Source of the DNA: Tubulanus polymorphus
Taxonomy: Eukaryota; Animalia; Nemertea
Length of the DNA stretch: 64,000 nucleotides
Reading direction: 5' to 3'
Assembly: GCF_964204645.1 (NCBI RefSeq)
Contig: NW_027437448.1
Span: 1 to 64,000 of the forward strand
Shown: positions 25,204 through 38,800 of the stretch, in pieces
How positions within the stretch are numbered: the stretch's first letter is position 1
Layout: each line of letters opens with the position of its first letter
Program-made: the position numbers and the translations under genes
The notes under the pieces: model-generated
Seen by the model: the letters and a program-made list of their open reading frames with translations, nothing else
Databases searched by the model: none
What the model was told of the DNA's origin: nothing

Positions 25204-27195
25204 CTTCAACAAATACATCTCATCAACAACAACCGAAACTGAACTCTGAACTGTCAAACCGGCTGGATATCTGGAGAGTTTGCGGAACTGTCAACTCGGG
25301 TCCTAGATTCCGGTTCAGAACTTCACCGTCAAGTGCTGTCTCTATATAAAGCATTGGCGGCGAATGAGCGAACTAACTTTGTACTCGCGCGCCGCAGTAA
25401 GAATATTGTCATGTCGAGTTAGTTCACACGTTCGCCGCTTATGCTTAATATAAAGGCAGGACTTAACGGTTGTTACGGTATGAACATCAGAAGTGCCGTG
25501 CGCGGCGGTCACGGATGAGTACCCGGTGCCTAATTCTGGCTAAACCCACTCAACGGTTGAAAATTCTCACAGTTCTTGAACACCGAAGTTGTGAGAAATA
25601 TTTTCCGAAGTAAGTTTAGAAAGTGGAGAACCCCCGGGTTGCGGGAGCTGCCGGGTCCAGACCGGCCGCTCACCGAATTAACTTAGTACTCATTCAATAG
25701 AACGCGGAAAGATTGACGAAGCGACCGAAGGTGCAAAGCCATCCCGGGATGTTTGGAGTTCTCCCCAGGATTTTTTTCATTCATTTGGAAGCCCGGCTGC
25801 GGCTCGAGGCATCAACCAAATCACACTGGGAATAATGAAAGACGGACTAGTTTTTATATACATAAGGTCTACTGAGTCACTGCTGAGATTTCGTAAGTGA
25901 CCCCCGAAACTGATCGCCTGTAATCTCACTAATTTGGATGAGAAAATTCTGTGGATTTTCGAATGGAGTGAAATTCAACTTCAGAATCACAAAACAATTA
26001 AAAGAAACTGCAATGCCGGTACAATTCTTAATCTACAGCAGATGAAAGAAATTTCGGAAAATAATTCTGCTGCCTAGGGTTGGTGCCCTTGGTGCTAGTT
26101 TACGCAATTTGAACGTGCCCTGAAGTACTTGACACAAGCCGTAGAATGCCTGTCACTGTTTAGAATGTTTTTAGTAATGAGATTGGAACTTTTGGAAATT
26201 AGCCCTCAAACAATTTTCAGTGACCAAGCCGTTGTGCCCTTTAAACTTTTTGGCAACTTGACCCAGTGACCCTGAAAGTGACATCTCTTGTGCGGCCTGC
26301 AGGGTTGGTGCCCTTATTTGCGCAATTTCGAACGTGCCCTGAAGTACTTGGCACTTAAAGCCGTGGAGTGGTCACTTTTTACAATGTTTTTTGGTAATGA
26401 GATTGTAAGTTTTGGAAATTAATTCTGCCCTTAAACACTAGGCTGCCAATTTTCACTGAGTGTCCTAGCTTAAACTTTCTTTTCGGAAGTGCAACTTGAA
26501 CGTGCCTGAAAGTGCACCTGCCCTTTTGGTTCCGCATCGGACGGTATCTTGCGAACAAAAATTCGTTGAAAATGGCCTTGACAAAGAAATCTGGCCTGTG
26601 TGTCCCCGGGCCGCTCGGTGGTCAGGGCGGAGGTCGGCCCCCTAATCCGGTCCCTGCATTTCCTATAATCTCAGATGGAGCAAATAACGACGAGTTCAAG
26701 TTCATACGTAGAAATCTTTAGTATTATATGAATTTAATTTGGTATTTATGTGTTACAATCTGTAATCACTCAAGGTGCCGCCTTTATTCATATGTTAGCA
26801 CTTTAGCATATCGACTAAACAGCTGCAGGTTTGAACCCGAGGTGACAGGTGTCTGTGAACTCTACAGAATCATCTAAACATGGCGGCGCCCATACCGCAT
26901 AACACATATATAACAACGCCTCTGATTGGCTACAATACGCACTAGCTCTTAGACGCCTAATTACAGTTTTTTAACTGAAATTCCTAATCTAAAATCTAAA
27001 AAATAAGATAAACTCATTAACAATCAATAATCAAATCGTAAAATAATAGATTTCAACGAATTAAACCTATTAATTCGTAGAAAACATCGATAGTAGTTCG
27101 AATCTCAGAAACATATCCACCAATCAGAGAAAGCGTTACATCGTTAAGTTACATCGATATTATTTAGAAGGAAGTAAAATAAAGAAAACAGAAAG

Positions 27196-30100
27196 ATGTT
27201 GTATTTAGAAGATTACGTTGAAAGTGAGTTGATTTAACTTTGTATTTATTCAATTAGGGCAATGTCTGCGTGTCGGCCTCATAGTTTGAATATTTGTAGA
27301 AAGTGAATTCTGATAAATCGCCCTCACTGTTTCCTGCACCTTGTTTTACCACTTAAATTGTTTATTTAGTGATAGAGAATTTGCCTATGGAGATGAGGGA
27401 ACGATTTACTGAAATGAGAGAAATGGATTTAACAGTTCAAAGTATGTACATTGCATATAATTGCACATTTGTAGTTTTTATTTCCACCAGTTGGTGGCAG
27501 CACCTGCTGGTCGTACATCACTGCTATACCGTTGAATGTCCTTATATACATTGTATCTCTAGATGCTATGGATTACTTGGATGGTCAAGTATCTGGATTT
27601 TTCAAGAAATGTCAACAGCCAAATTTCGACGATAATTGGAAGAACGAGCAATTTGAAAAAATAAAAGAGGTAAAAAACTTTATTGTGCGAAGCTCCGCTC
27701 CTGGGAGGCATCTCAGCAGGAACAGGAGCAGGGGTGGGAGACTCGTAAAAAGTCCATCAAATTTTTTGTTTTCGGGTGCCATTTTCATTTTGTCACTAAA
27801 GAAAGTTGGTGCATTTCAATGCAAGATTGTGCCTTGTATTGCCTGGAGATCAAAATTCCCAGTAATAAGTTTGTGGATCCAGGGAGACTTTTTTTTTTTG
27901 AGTGAAACTTTGTGCATTTGAATACAGGAGTGAGGGTGCCTTATATTGCCTATTTGGAGATCAAAGTTCCCTGTAATAAGTTCCTCAAAATTGGACTGTG
28001 AATCTACCCCTGAGCTGGGTAAACAGTCTTACTTGTCTATGTCTAGGATGTTAGATAACTCTTGATAGGTCGTAATTTCTTAATGATGTTTTTTTAGGGT
28101 TATTCAAAAGCGGTAGAAAATGCGGATGAAAAAGTTCAGATGGCGAATCAAATTTATGAAATGGTAAATATTGAGATGAATCTCAGTTTGTTTTTTTCTC
28201 TCAGAGTTTGGTTTGTTTGAAATAGATTTAATTATTTTTAGGTCGATCGACATCTCAGAAAATTGGATCAAGAATTATCTAAATTTAAGATGGAATTAGA
28301 GGCTGATAATGCGGGAATCACGGAAGTTTTAGAGAAACGTAAGGCGTTCGTATCTAACCCGAGTTTTCACCGGATCGGTCGAGACGTTTCACAGGATCGG
28401 TCGAGGGGTTTCACCGGATCGGCCGAGGGGTTTCACCGGATCGGCCGAGGGGTTTCTCCGGATCGGTCGAGGGGTTTCACCGGATCGGCCGAGGGGTTTC
28501 ACCGGATCGGCCGAGGGGTTTCACCGGATCGGTCGAGGGGTTTCACCGGATCGGTCGAGGGGTTTCACCGGATCGGTCGAGGGGTTTCACCGGATCGGTC
28601 GAGGGGTTTAACCGGATCGGTCGAGGGGTTTCACCGGATCGGCCGAGGGGTTTCACCGGATCGGTCGAGGGGTTTCACCGGATCGGTCGAGGGGTTTCAC
28701 CGGATCGGTCGAGGGGTTTCACCGGATCGGTCGAGGGGTTTCACCGGATCGGCCGAGACGTTTCACAGGATCGGTCGAGGGGTTTCACCGGATCGGCCGA
28801 GACGTTTCACAGGATCGGTCGAGGGGTTTCACCGGATCGGTCGAGGGGTTTCACCGGATCGGCCGAGGGGTTTCACCGGATCGGCCGAGGGGTTTCACCG
28901 GATAGGTCGAGACGTTTCGCCGGATCGGTCGAGGGGTTTCACCGGATCGGTCGAGGGGTTTCACCGGATCGGCCGAGGGGTTTCACCGGATCGGTCGAGG
29001 GGTTTCACCGGATCGGTCGAGACGTTTCGCCGGATCGGTCGAGGGGTTTCACCGGATCGGTCGAGACGTTTATTTATAATCTAATCATATATTTATTAAT
29101 TATAGGATCATTAGAAATGGATAATCCACAACCGGGACAAAACCATCGAGATCGTGAGTAGTATTTACTGCACTCCGAGTTACACCACAGTTATCAGTAA
29201 CTCCCAGCTGTAGATCTGTGTCCGGCATGATTAAAACTTTCAGGGTGGTGCCACTTACCGGTACCTGGAAATCGGGGAAATTTCTGTTGAAAGTCAGGGA
29301 ATTTAAAGTAAAAGAAGTAAAGAAGCCTAAAATCTGCGAAACATGTTGAGATTTTGTCAGAGGATATGTTGAGATTGCTAGAGTGCGCGTAAAATCAAAC
29401 AGTTTCTGTCTTTTGTTACATTTTTGACTGCGTTAATTGATTGGATTCTTAGCAGATCAAGTGTGGGATAACATAATTCATGTCAGGGAATAGTCACGGA
29501 AATAAGCAATTCAAATAAACGTGGCTCCCCCTGTTGGGACTTAGCTTTGACAAAAGTGGCTCCCCCTAGACTTTGGGTTCAACTTTTAATTATTTTCAGG
29601 AAAACGACATCACATTTCATCATCATCTAATAACGTCGAGAAGAAACTAATGACGGAGAAAGTTTTATCATCGATAGCGAGTGAAGTGGCGACAGGTGGC
29701 GCTGGTTTAGCGGCAGTCGGAGTGAGAGAATCAAATATACAAACACAGTCTACAACTAATAATACATCATCAACATCTAATACTACTACATCTAACTTCA
29801 ATTATAACTATGGTTTAGGTATGTATATCCCCTCTCCCTTCCCTCCTCTCCCTCCCCTCTCCCTTCCCTCAACATGTGAGTTTAATAAATCTATTTTCAG
29901 GCGATTATTTACAAGGTCAAAGTCGTAAAGTTGAAAAACCGAAGCATAAATTCAACAAAAATAAAGGTAAATTTTATTGTATTGTACAGTAGACTTCGCC
30001 AAATCAAATCCCATCAACTTTGATAAAAATCGCAACTGGTTGAAATATTTTTAAACATCAAACTCAGTATCACTGAAGGCGGACACATTTTTACGGCTCA

Positions 30101-31064
30101 AAAAGATCCGACTTAAACAGGGTCTACTCACCGTCCAGGCTCCCCGGAGTCCAGGCTCCCCGGAGTCCAGGCTCCCCGGAGTCGAATTCATCAGGTACCG
30201 ATATTAGAATTGTGTTTGTTAACAGGTACGAGTAGCAGTGCTGCATTAGCAGCTGCAGCGTCACAAGCGATCGCAGCTACACAGAATATGCAACAAGGTC
30301 GCCGAACCGCCAGTTTAAAGGCGAGTTACGAAGTTTTAGCTAAAGGAGGGACGTTGACGGACTTTACAGTAAAACAAGAACCTGGATTACAAACATCGTC
30401 TATAGAACCAGTAACGCCACCTACACCGGTTATAGTATCATCATCTTCATCTTCGCGCAGGAATAAAAAGTAAGTCTATCTCAATGTTAGTCCGGGATTA
30501 ACACTGCTAGTCCAATCGATGTTAGTCCGGGATTAACACTGCTAGTCCAATCGATGTTATTCTCGGAACAACTTTTTCACCTTGTAAAACGATTGATCTC
30601 ATATAACAGGAGTTCAAAGAAACAACTTTTGTTACAACAACAACAACAAGCAGCTGCAGCAGCGGCGGCAGCAGCAGCTGCAGCAGCTGAACAGACCGAT
30701 CCACAACAACAAACAACTGATTCTACGACGCAACAACAATCGACCGATGAAGTAATGGTCGATGAAAATGGTCAACAAGTCGACTGGCAATACGACCCTT
30801 CAGAACCGAGATATTGTTTATGTAATCAAGTTTCTTATGGTGAAATGGTTGGTTGTGATAATGAAGATGTAAGTAGCAATATTTGTCTCTATTTCTGATA
30901 ATACGCATTGTTTTCGGGCTGAGCCTAAAATTCTAATTGTATATTTATTTCAGTGTCCTATAGAGTGGTTTCATTATGGTTGTGTTAATCTAACTCATGC
31001 TCCTAAAGGTAAATGGTATTGTCCGCAATGTTTAGCTGCCATGAAACGTAGAGGACGAAGATAA
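27196..31064 (+). CDS. ING3: Inhibitor of growth protein 3 (NuA4/TIP60 PHD-finger subunit)
   Basis: [167 protein letters not shown]. Confidence 0.96.
28360..29070. repeat. 22-bp minisatellite (~32 copies) in ING3 intron
   Basis: cgaggggtttcaccggatcgg(t/c). Confidence 0.95.
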
Positions 31065-31418
31065 ATGACCACGAAAAATAAATACCCGCGAAATTAACAA
31101 ATATAAGTGTCTGTTGTAAATAAATGATTATCGATGTAAATAAATGAATTTAAGTTACACGTAATTCGTTTCTTGTTGATTCTTCTTTAAGGTTAGTTAT
31201 GTATTTTTCTCAGGGATTTTAAGCATTGTACAACTACCAAAATTACTTACAAATCAAAAATGTGCAAAATTTAGCACAGAAAAAACATTGATTTATTCTG
31301 TTAAATTGATGAGCTTGAAGTGGGTTTTGCTAAAAACACAATACAATATACAGTTTACTTAAAAAGAAATATGGAAATATCGTTTGAAAGGACAAGAAGA
31401 TTCATAGTTTATTGATGA

Positions 31419-31592
31419 TAGGTGCCACAGTGATCCGTATTGTGCTTAATGAGGAAATATCTTTTACATACTATCTAAATAATGCGAAACTTTATTAGTT
31501 CACAAAAATTCCGCTATGGTTATTCATAGGGGCAGCACTGAACGGTTGATATTTGATACAGCCTCGCTAGTCTACTGTGGCATGCAAGGAAA
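31419..31592. mobile_element. Truncated copy of the MITE family also at 61781-62231 (opposite orientation)
   Basis: aaattccgctatggttattcataggggcagcactgaacggttgatatttgatacagcctcgctagtctactgtggcatgc aligns by eye with the reverse complement of ~62100-62190. Confidence 0.75.
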
Positions 31593-32724
31593 ACATACAT
31601 TCAAAAGTCACTTTTTGCGGCCAGAACTCGAAAGCGTAAAGCATCGGTGCCAGGCACGCCGGTGGGCCCAATCCGCAGAGTGATCTATCATATTTCTGAA
31701 TAGACTTAATACGCATTGAATCATCGGATTTCACGATCTAATCAGATCACGGCTGTTGGAGTAGTATTCAGGGAACCGCTTGAATCGAGGAACCGGTAGA
31801 TGGCGGGTCAATCGCTCATTCAATAGATGGCGTTCCTTTCATCAGTAGGAGCAATGGCTGCCAATCGAACTGTAAATATCGAAAAAATGCACTCAAAAAA
31901 TGATGATAGGATGAGCTTAGGCCTTAATTTCAAGCTAGATTTTTATGCTTCCACCGTGCTCGAATTTAGGGGATCCAGAAGGGAGGTTTTACCTGGATCA
32001 AAGTTCCGTGACGAATGAGGTTGTGTAACAACGCGCAAAATCATGCGGAAATCTTTGCTGCATGAATTGAATGTACCGTACTAATTACACTTACAGCGCC
32101 CTAGGCTACAAGCCATGGATGAATCAAATTGTCTTAATTTGGACAAAATTCTATATTCGGCCTATCCCAGTTGGTTTTAGCAAGGTTCCACTGATTGATT
32201 TATTCTCTTGAACTTTGAAACATGCCATAGGAGCCCTAAATCAATTTGGTCTTAATTTGATAGTACCGATACCAAAGTCGTCATTGAATCAATTTCTTTC
32301 AATCTGAATCAGAGCAGAGAATACTTAATGAACTATGCCTAAATCAATTTTAACAATTTGTTCACGTGCCCAACGTTTTAGATTAATCTCAAATCATCAA
32401 AAATATGGTTTATAAGCATGGAAACAGGAAACATCTCAAGAATTTCAAACCTTTTCTCTTCAACATGAGAAAATGAAGACTTTTTGATAATCCTTCAATG
32501 CCATGTGAAAAATCAATGGATATAAAATGATGGTAGGCCTATATTGAGACTGCACAGTTTCACGGGTGGTATTTAATTAAGACCAAATTTGAGGTATGTG
32601 TTGAAAAGATTAAGCAAAATATCCCCAAAAAATTGGGTGCTGATCAGGCCAAATATGAAGGCACTTTGGGTCTTTGAGGGGGTCCCTGGACTCGGGGCCA
32701 AGAATAGTCCCCAGGGTTGTATTG

Positions 32725-35700
32725 TAAAGCCACCAGGAGTCCATTTACCTGTTAGGGGGGCCGGGGCCAAGACTCATCGGGCAAATGTGATGAGGGTTTG
32801 GTTAATCGTTAAGGGGTACACCCTGCAGGTGCTTGTTAAATTTAGCACTAATCAAACCACAGGTAAAGCCACCAGGAGTCCATTTACCTGTTAGGGGGGT
32901 CCCTGGGCCCAGGGCCAAGACTCATCGGGTAAATGTGATGAGGGTTTGGTTAATCGTTAAGGGGTGCACCGTGCAGGTGCCTGTTGAATGTAGCACCAAT
33001 CGGACCACAGGTAAAGCCACCAGGAGTCCATTTACCTGTTAGGGCGGTCCCTGGGCCCAGGGCCAAGACTCATCGGGCAAATGTGATGAGGGTTTGGTTA
33101 ATCGTTAAGGGGTACACCCTGCAGGTGCTTGTTAAATATAGCACTAATCGGACCACAGGTAAAGCCACCAGGAGTCCATTTACCTGTTAGGGGGGGTCCC
33201 TGGGCCCGGGGCCAAGACTCATCGGGCAAATGTGATGAGGGTTTGGTTAATCGTTAAGGGGTACACCCTGCAGGTGCTTGTTAAATTTAGCACTAATCGG
33301 ACCACAGGTAAAGCCACCAGGAGTCCATTTACCTGTTAGGGGGGTCCCTTGGCCCGGGGCCAAGACTCATCGGGCAAATGTGATGAGAGTTTGGTTAATC
33401 GTTAAGGGGTACACCCTGCAGGTGCTTGTTAAATTTAATCGGACCACAGGTAAAGCCACCAGGAGTCCATTTACCTGTTAGGGGGGTCCCTTGGCCCGGG
33501 GCCAAGGCTCATCGGGCAAATGTGATGAGGGTTTGGTTAATCGTTAAGGGGTACACCCTGCAGGTGCTTGTTAAATTTAGCACTAATCGGACCACAGGTA
33601 AAGCCACCAGGAGTCCATTTACCTGTTAGGGGGGTCCCTGGGCCCGGGGCCAAGACTCATCGGGCAAATGTGATGAGGGTTTGGTGAATCGTTAAGGGGT
33701 ACACCCTGCAGGTGCTTGTTAAATTAAGCACTAATCGGACCACAGGTAAAGCCACCAGGAGTCCATTTACCTGTTAGGGGGGTCCCTTGGCCCGGGGCCA
33801 AGGCTCATCGGGCAAAAGTGATGAGGGTTTGGTTAATCGTTAAGGGGTACACCCTGCAGGTGCTTGTTAAATTTAGCACCAATCGGACCACAGGTAAAGC
33901 CACCAGGAGTCCATTTACCTGTTAGGGGGGGTCCCTTGGCCCGGGGCCAAGGCTCATCGGGCAAATGTGATGAGGGTTTGGTTAATCGTTAAGGGGTACA
34001 CCCTGCAGGTGCTTGTTAAATTTAGCACTAATCGGACCACAGGTAAAGCCACCAGGAGTCCATTTACCTGTTAGGGGGGTCCCTGGGCCCGGGGCCAAGA
34101 CTCATCGGGCAAATGTGATGAGGGTTTGGTTAATCGTTAAGGGGTACACCCTGCAGGTGCTTGTTAAATAAAGCACTAATCGGACCACAGGTCAAGCCAC
34201 CAGGAGTCCATTTACCTGTTAGGGGTCCCTTGGCCCAGGGCCAAGGCTCATCGGGCAAATGTGATGAGGGTTTGGTTAATCGTTAAGGGGTACACCCTGC
34301 AGGTGCTTGTTAAATTTAGCACTAATCGGACCACAGGTAAAGCCACCAGGAGTCCATTTACCTGTTAGGGGGGGTCCCTTGGCCCGGGGCAAAGACTCAT
34401 CGGGCAAATGTGATGAGGGTTTGGTTAATCGTTAAGGGGTACACCCTGCAGGTGCTTGTTAAATTAAGCACTAATCGGACCACAGGTAAAGCCACCAGGA
34501 GTCCATTTACCTGTTAGGGGGGTCCCTTGGCCCGGGGCCAAGGCTCATCGGGCAAATGTGATGAGGGTTTGGTTAATCGTTAAGGGGTACACCCTGCAGG
34601 TGCTTGTTAAATTTAGCACTAATCGGACCACAGGTAAAGCCACCAGGAGTCCATTTACCTGTTAGGGGGGTCCCTGGGCCCGGGGCCAAGACTCATCGGG
34701 CAAATGTGATGAGGGTTTGGTTAATCGTTAAGGGGTACACCCTGCAGGTGCTTGTTAAATTTAGCACTAATCGGACCACAGGTAAAGCCACCAGGAGTCC
34801 ATTTACCTGTTAGGAGGGTCCCTTGGCCCGGGGCCAAGGCTCATCGGGCAAATGTGATGAGGGTTTGGTTAATCGTTAAGGGGTACACCCTGCAGGTGCT
34901 TGTTAAATTTAGCACTAATCGGACCACAGGTAAAGCCACCAGGAGTCCATTTACCTGTTAGGGGGGTCCCTGGGCCCGGGGCCAAGACTCATCGGGCAAA
35001 TGTGATGAGGGTTTGGTTAATCGTTAAGGGGTACACCCTGCAGGTGCTTGTTAAATTTAGCACTAATCGGACCACAGGTAAAGCCACCAGGAGTCCATTT
35101 ACCTGTTAGGGGGGTCCCTTGGCCCGGGGCCAAGGCTCATCGGGCAAATGTGATGAGGGTTTGGTTAATCGTTAAGGGGTACACCCTGCAGGTGCTTGTT
35201 AAATTTAGCACTAATCGGACCACAGGTAAAGCCACCAGGAGTCCATTTACCTGTTAGGGGGGTCCCTTGGCCTGGGGCCAAGGCTCATCGGGCAAATGTG
35301 ATGAGGGTTTGGTTAATCGTTAAGGGGTACACCCTGCAGGTGCTTGTTAAATTTAGCACTAATCGGACCACAGGTAAAGCCACCAGGAGTCCATTTACCT
35401 GTTAGGGGGGTCCCTGGGCCCGGGGCCAAGACTCATCGGGCAAATGTGATGAGGGTTTGGTTAATCGTTAAGGGGTACACCCTGCAGGTGCTTGTTAAAT
35501 TTAGCACTAATCGGACCACAGGTAAAGCCACTAGGAGTCCATTTACTTGTTAGGGGGGGTCCCTGGGCCAAGACTCATCGGGCAAATGTGATGAGGGTTT
35601 GGTTAATCGTTAAAAGGTACACCGTGCAGGTGCCTGTTGAATTTAGCACCAGTCGGACCACAGGTAAAGCCACTAGGAGTCCATTTACTTGGTAGGGGCC

Positions 35701-35770
35701 AAGACTCATCGGGCAAATGTGATGAGGGTTTGGTTAATCGTTAAAAGGTACACCCTGCAGGTGCTTGTTG
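32725..35770. repeat. 148-bp satellite array (~20 highly homogeneous copies)
   Basis: ORF track repeats every 148 bp; unit includes the inverted pair acaggtaaa..tttacctgt. Confidence 0.97.
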
Positions 35771-35822
35771 AATTTTGTGCCGATACAAGGTAGTTAATCT
35801 GTAATTGATTGTTTCATTGTAG

Positions 35823-38800
35823 GTGCTTCCTCCAGGTCTTAGAAACCCTGGTAATGTCTGTTTCCTCAATTCTGTCGTGCAATGTCTTCGGGCCACCCGA
35901 GGCTTTTTACATCGCTTTTTTAAGAAAGCATGTTCGCAGCCCTGTAGGCCTACCTGCAATGCATGTAACATTCAGCAATCGTTACTTGGCAACACTGAGC
36001 CACTTATTGATAACATAAAAGGTATGTATAATTTTCATTGCAGTTTTTAAATGACAGACTTGTATGATAGATGAAACAACAATTTTTGATTGAAATGGTT
36101 TTAACTTGCAGCGTTGATATTTGACAATTGTTGTTTCACTGTCGAGTTAGAATATCTACTTAATTCACAGTGGATAAGTACATGCCTATTGTCAGACAGA
36201 CCATCAAATTTGTGTCTGAATGAAAGGTCAAGGCAACGTGGGCTCCAAAAGCACAAGATAAATCCATGGGCACAAGATTATCAGTAGGTGAAGGAACTAC
36301 ATTACAGAGCCGCAGCTTTCGATGTTCCTGAGATCGTACATAGTCTCTATGGGCATAGAAAATCTCATAGTGTTCATACGATTATTCTTGATGAAAAGAA
36401 ACGTGGGTTTTTTGCTAGCATTGAAGTGCATGTAGCAATTTTGCGATCTTTATCAGAAAGCATTGTTATTGAATATGACTCCCTATGTACTTTTGTAATT
36501 ATATTTTCCAGACTTCGTGGTCGATGCAGAAAAGCACCAACAGCAAGATGTGATGGAATTTTTTCATGGCGTGTGTTTGAAAGTCAAAGAAAAGTAATTA
36601 TTTTGTTCTCATCTTTTTAGCCAACTTGGTACCCACTTGGTACCATCCCCCCTGGTAGGGCTTGAAATCTGATGGCATTGATTGAGACTTGCCACTTCAT
36701 GAAACCTTACCATACTAGACAGAGAATGCAGCTTAGAAGATGCAATTATAAGCCAATCATAAATCCTGATTAATTTAAGCCCAGGTTTTTCCATTGATAG
36801 TTTATCTGTGAAATTAGTCTCGGTGATTATTCAATCAATCTGATTGGTGCCGCAAGTTTTCAAACCTGCATCTAGTGTGGCAGAGTTTCGTGCCGCTGCT
36901 AAGTCTAGCAATGCCATCAAGTTCTTATCCCTGCCAGGGGGATAACTTAGGATTTACATCCCACTTCTTTCATCATCTGTAGACAGAATCTAGTTTTCAA
37001 TACGCTTTGATTATGACCTTTCCAAGTCATAGGTTTGTGCATATATGTTCACCAGAGGGCATTGAATTTTGAAATTGTCAGATTGTTGACCAGTTCAGAT
37101 GGCGCGGTGTCCTTGGACCTCAGACCGGCCTGGTCAGAATCAAGATGGCCGACTGGTGCTGGCACTGTATCGTGGTTCAGTTCATTTTTCTAATCAAGAC
37201 AAAATCTACTCCTACCTTTAATTGCATTCCTGTTTCGTTATCTGATATAAGCATTTCATAAGGCTGTGGTAAACCTCTTGGCGCATTATTATTATTATTT
37301 CAAACCACCTTCCAAGTGGGCATGGTATCCCTATGGACCCCTAGTCAACTTTTTACCCTAAGAGGTATGGGTATGATTTCCATATTTTACTTTTTCATAC
37401 TGGTATATTTTGTGATCAATCTATTCTGTATTTGCTGTCACCTAGCGTACTATATTTTCAGTTTTCACTTTTGTTCTCTCTAGCTTCACTTGTGTATTTA
37501 TTTGCAGAATGCCGCTTTGTTTTGAATTTGTGCTGAAAACAACAGGTAGGTCGATGTGACTTTTCACAGAAAATTGCTGATATTTTCCTAATCAATTTTT
37601 GTAATGATGTAGCTATCCATTTGCAGACACTTGCCTGGAATGTGGAAAAGAGAGCATACGTCAGTCGGAACATTTGAATATGTCTTGTGCCATCGAGGTG
37701 AATATTAAGAATGTATTATATGCTAGTATTAGAAATTGCTCCACTGTTGTTTGATTGTATACAACCATGGAAGATGAACCGTGTCGACCCCTGATAGATT
37801 CAAACAGCTCATATCAGTGACTTGGAATTAATTTTGACCAGTTCCAAGATATACGGATATTCTGATTATGTGAAAAATTGGCCTTTAGTGGGTGTGGCAG
37901 GAGGTGGTATATCGCGGGTTTGGTTCACTGCAAGTTTTTTTAGTAAAATAACAATAATTACGCAGAAGCTCATCTGCAATTTGACTTATAATAGTGGTAG
38001 GGCTACAAGATCTGTTAATGCAAATATGCTTATGGTACCTAGAACACTCATTAGGTCTGGTGATCATGTCTTTAAATCTTATGGACCTCGTTTATGGAAT
38101 ACACTTCCTGTGGATATGAGAACAATTGTTACATTGAGACATATAAAAACTTATTTAAGAATTGTCTGTTTAAAAGGGCCTTCCTCGACCAAGAGATAGC
38201 ACAGTTAGCAAGTTTTTCAGTATAGTGCTTTACAAATTACTTGTGCTATGTCAATGACAAACCTATAATTAGATTCATCTTTGAATTCATTTTGTAGTCA
38301 GAAGAACGGAAAGCATTCCAGACCATTCAGGAATGCGTAACTAATTTCTTCAGTCTAGAGGAGGTGACGGTTCGGTGTTCAGAGTAAGATATCAAAGATT
38401 AAGTACCAGTATACTCTCTTTCAGTCCACTTCTAATACAAATGATGTAACCTTGTTATTCTTATAGTATTAACAACTATAAGTTTGGTTGTGTGCACTGT
38501 ATATGTATAACCTACCGGTAAATATCATCAGATATAATACATGTCCCCACTTAATCCATCAACAGGTGTCCGTGTGAACAAGCTTTTCGCTTTCAAGAAC
38601 TTGTGAATGCACCTGATTTCATTGTCATTGATTTGAAAAGGTTAGCCATGTTATTTGTATTTTTTGAGCTGTTTCACATCGTAAATTTGATAATATCTAT
38701 AATGGAAATATAATGATAATATATATAATATATGAACTTTCTAATTGAAATACTTCTAATGGATTTCATATAGATATCGTTGGTTCGGCAATGCAGGGAA

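Noticed and set aside
25501-25830. Telomerase RNA, 7SK, RNase P/MRP or solo LTR assignment
   Set aside because: No TTAGGG template, GAUC motifs, or P4 consensus found; a TGTTACGG end exists but no matching second end or TSD. Kept only as an unassigned candidate.
28263-29084. 273-aa ORF in ING3
   Set aside because: Only the first ~25 codons are the ING3 exon; the remainder is read-through into a 22-bp intronic minisatellite.
32725-35770. CRISPR array, tandem small-peptide genes or C/D snoRNA cluster
   Set aside because: No unique spacers and no cas genes in a eukaryotic context; the 69-aa ORFs start at non-ATG codons and shift frame each unit; a GTGATGA C-box is present but no CTGA D-box.
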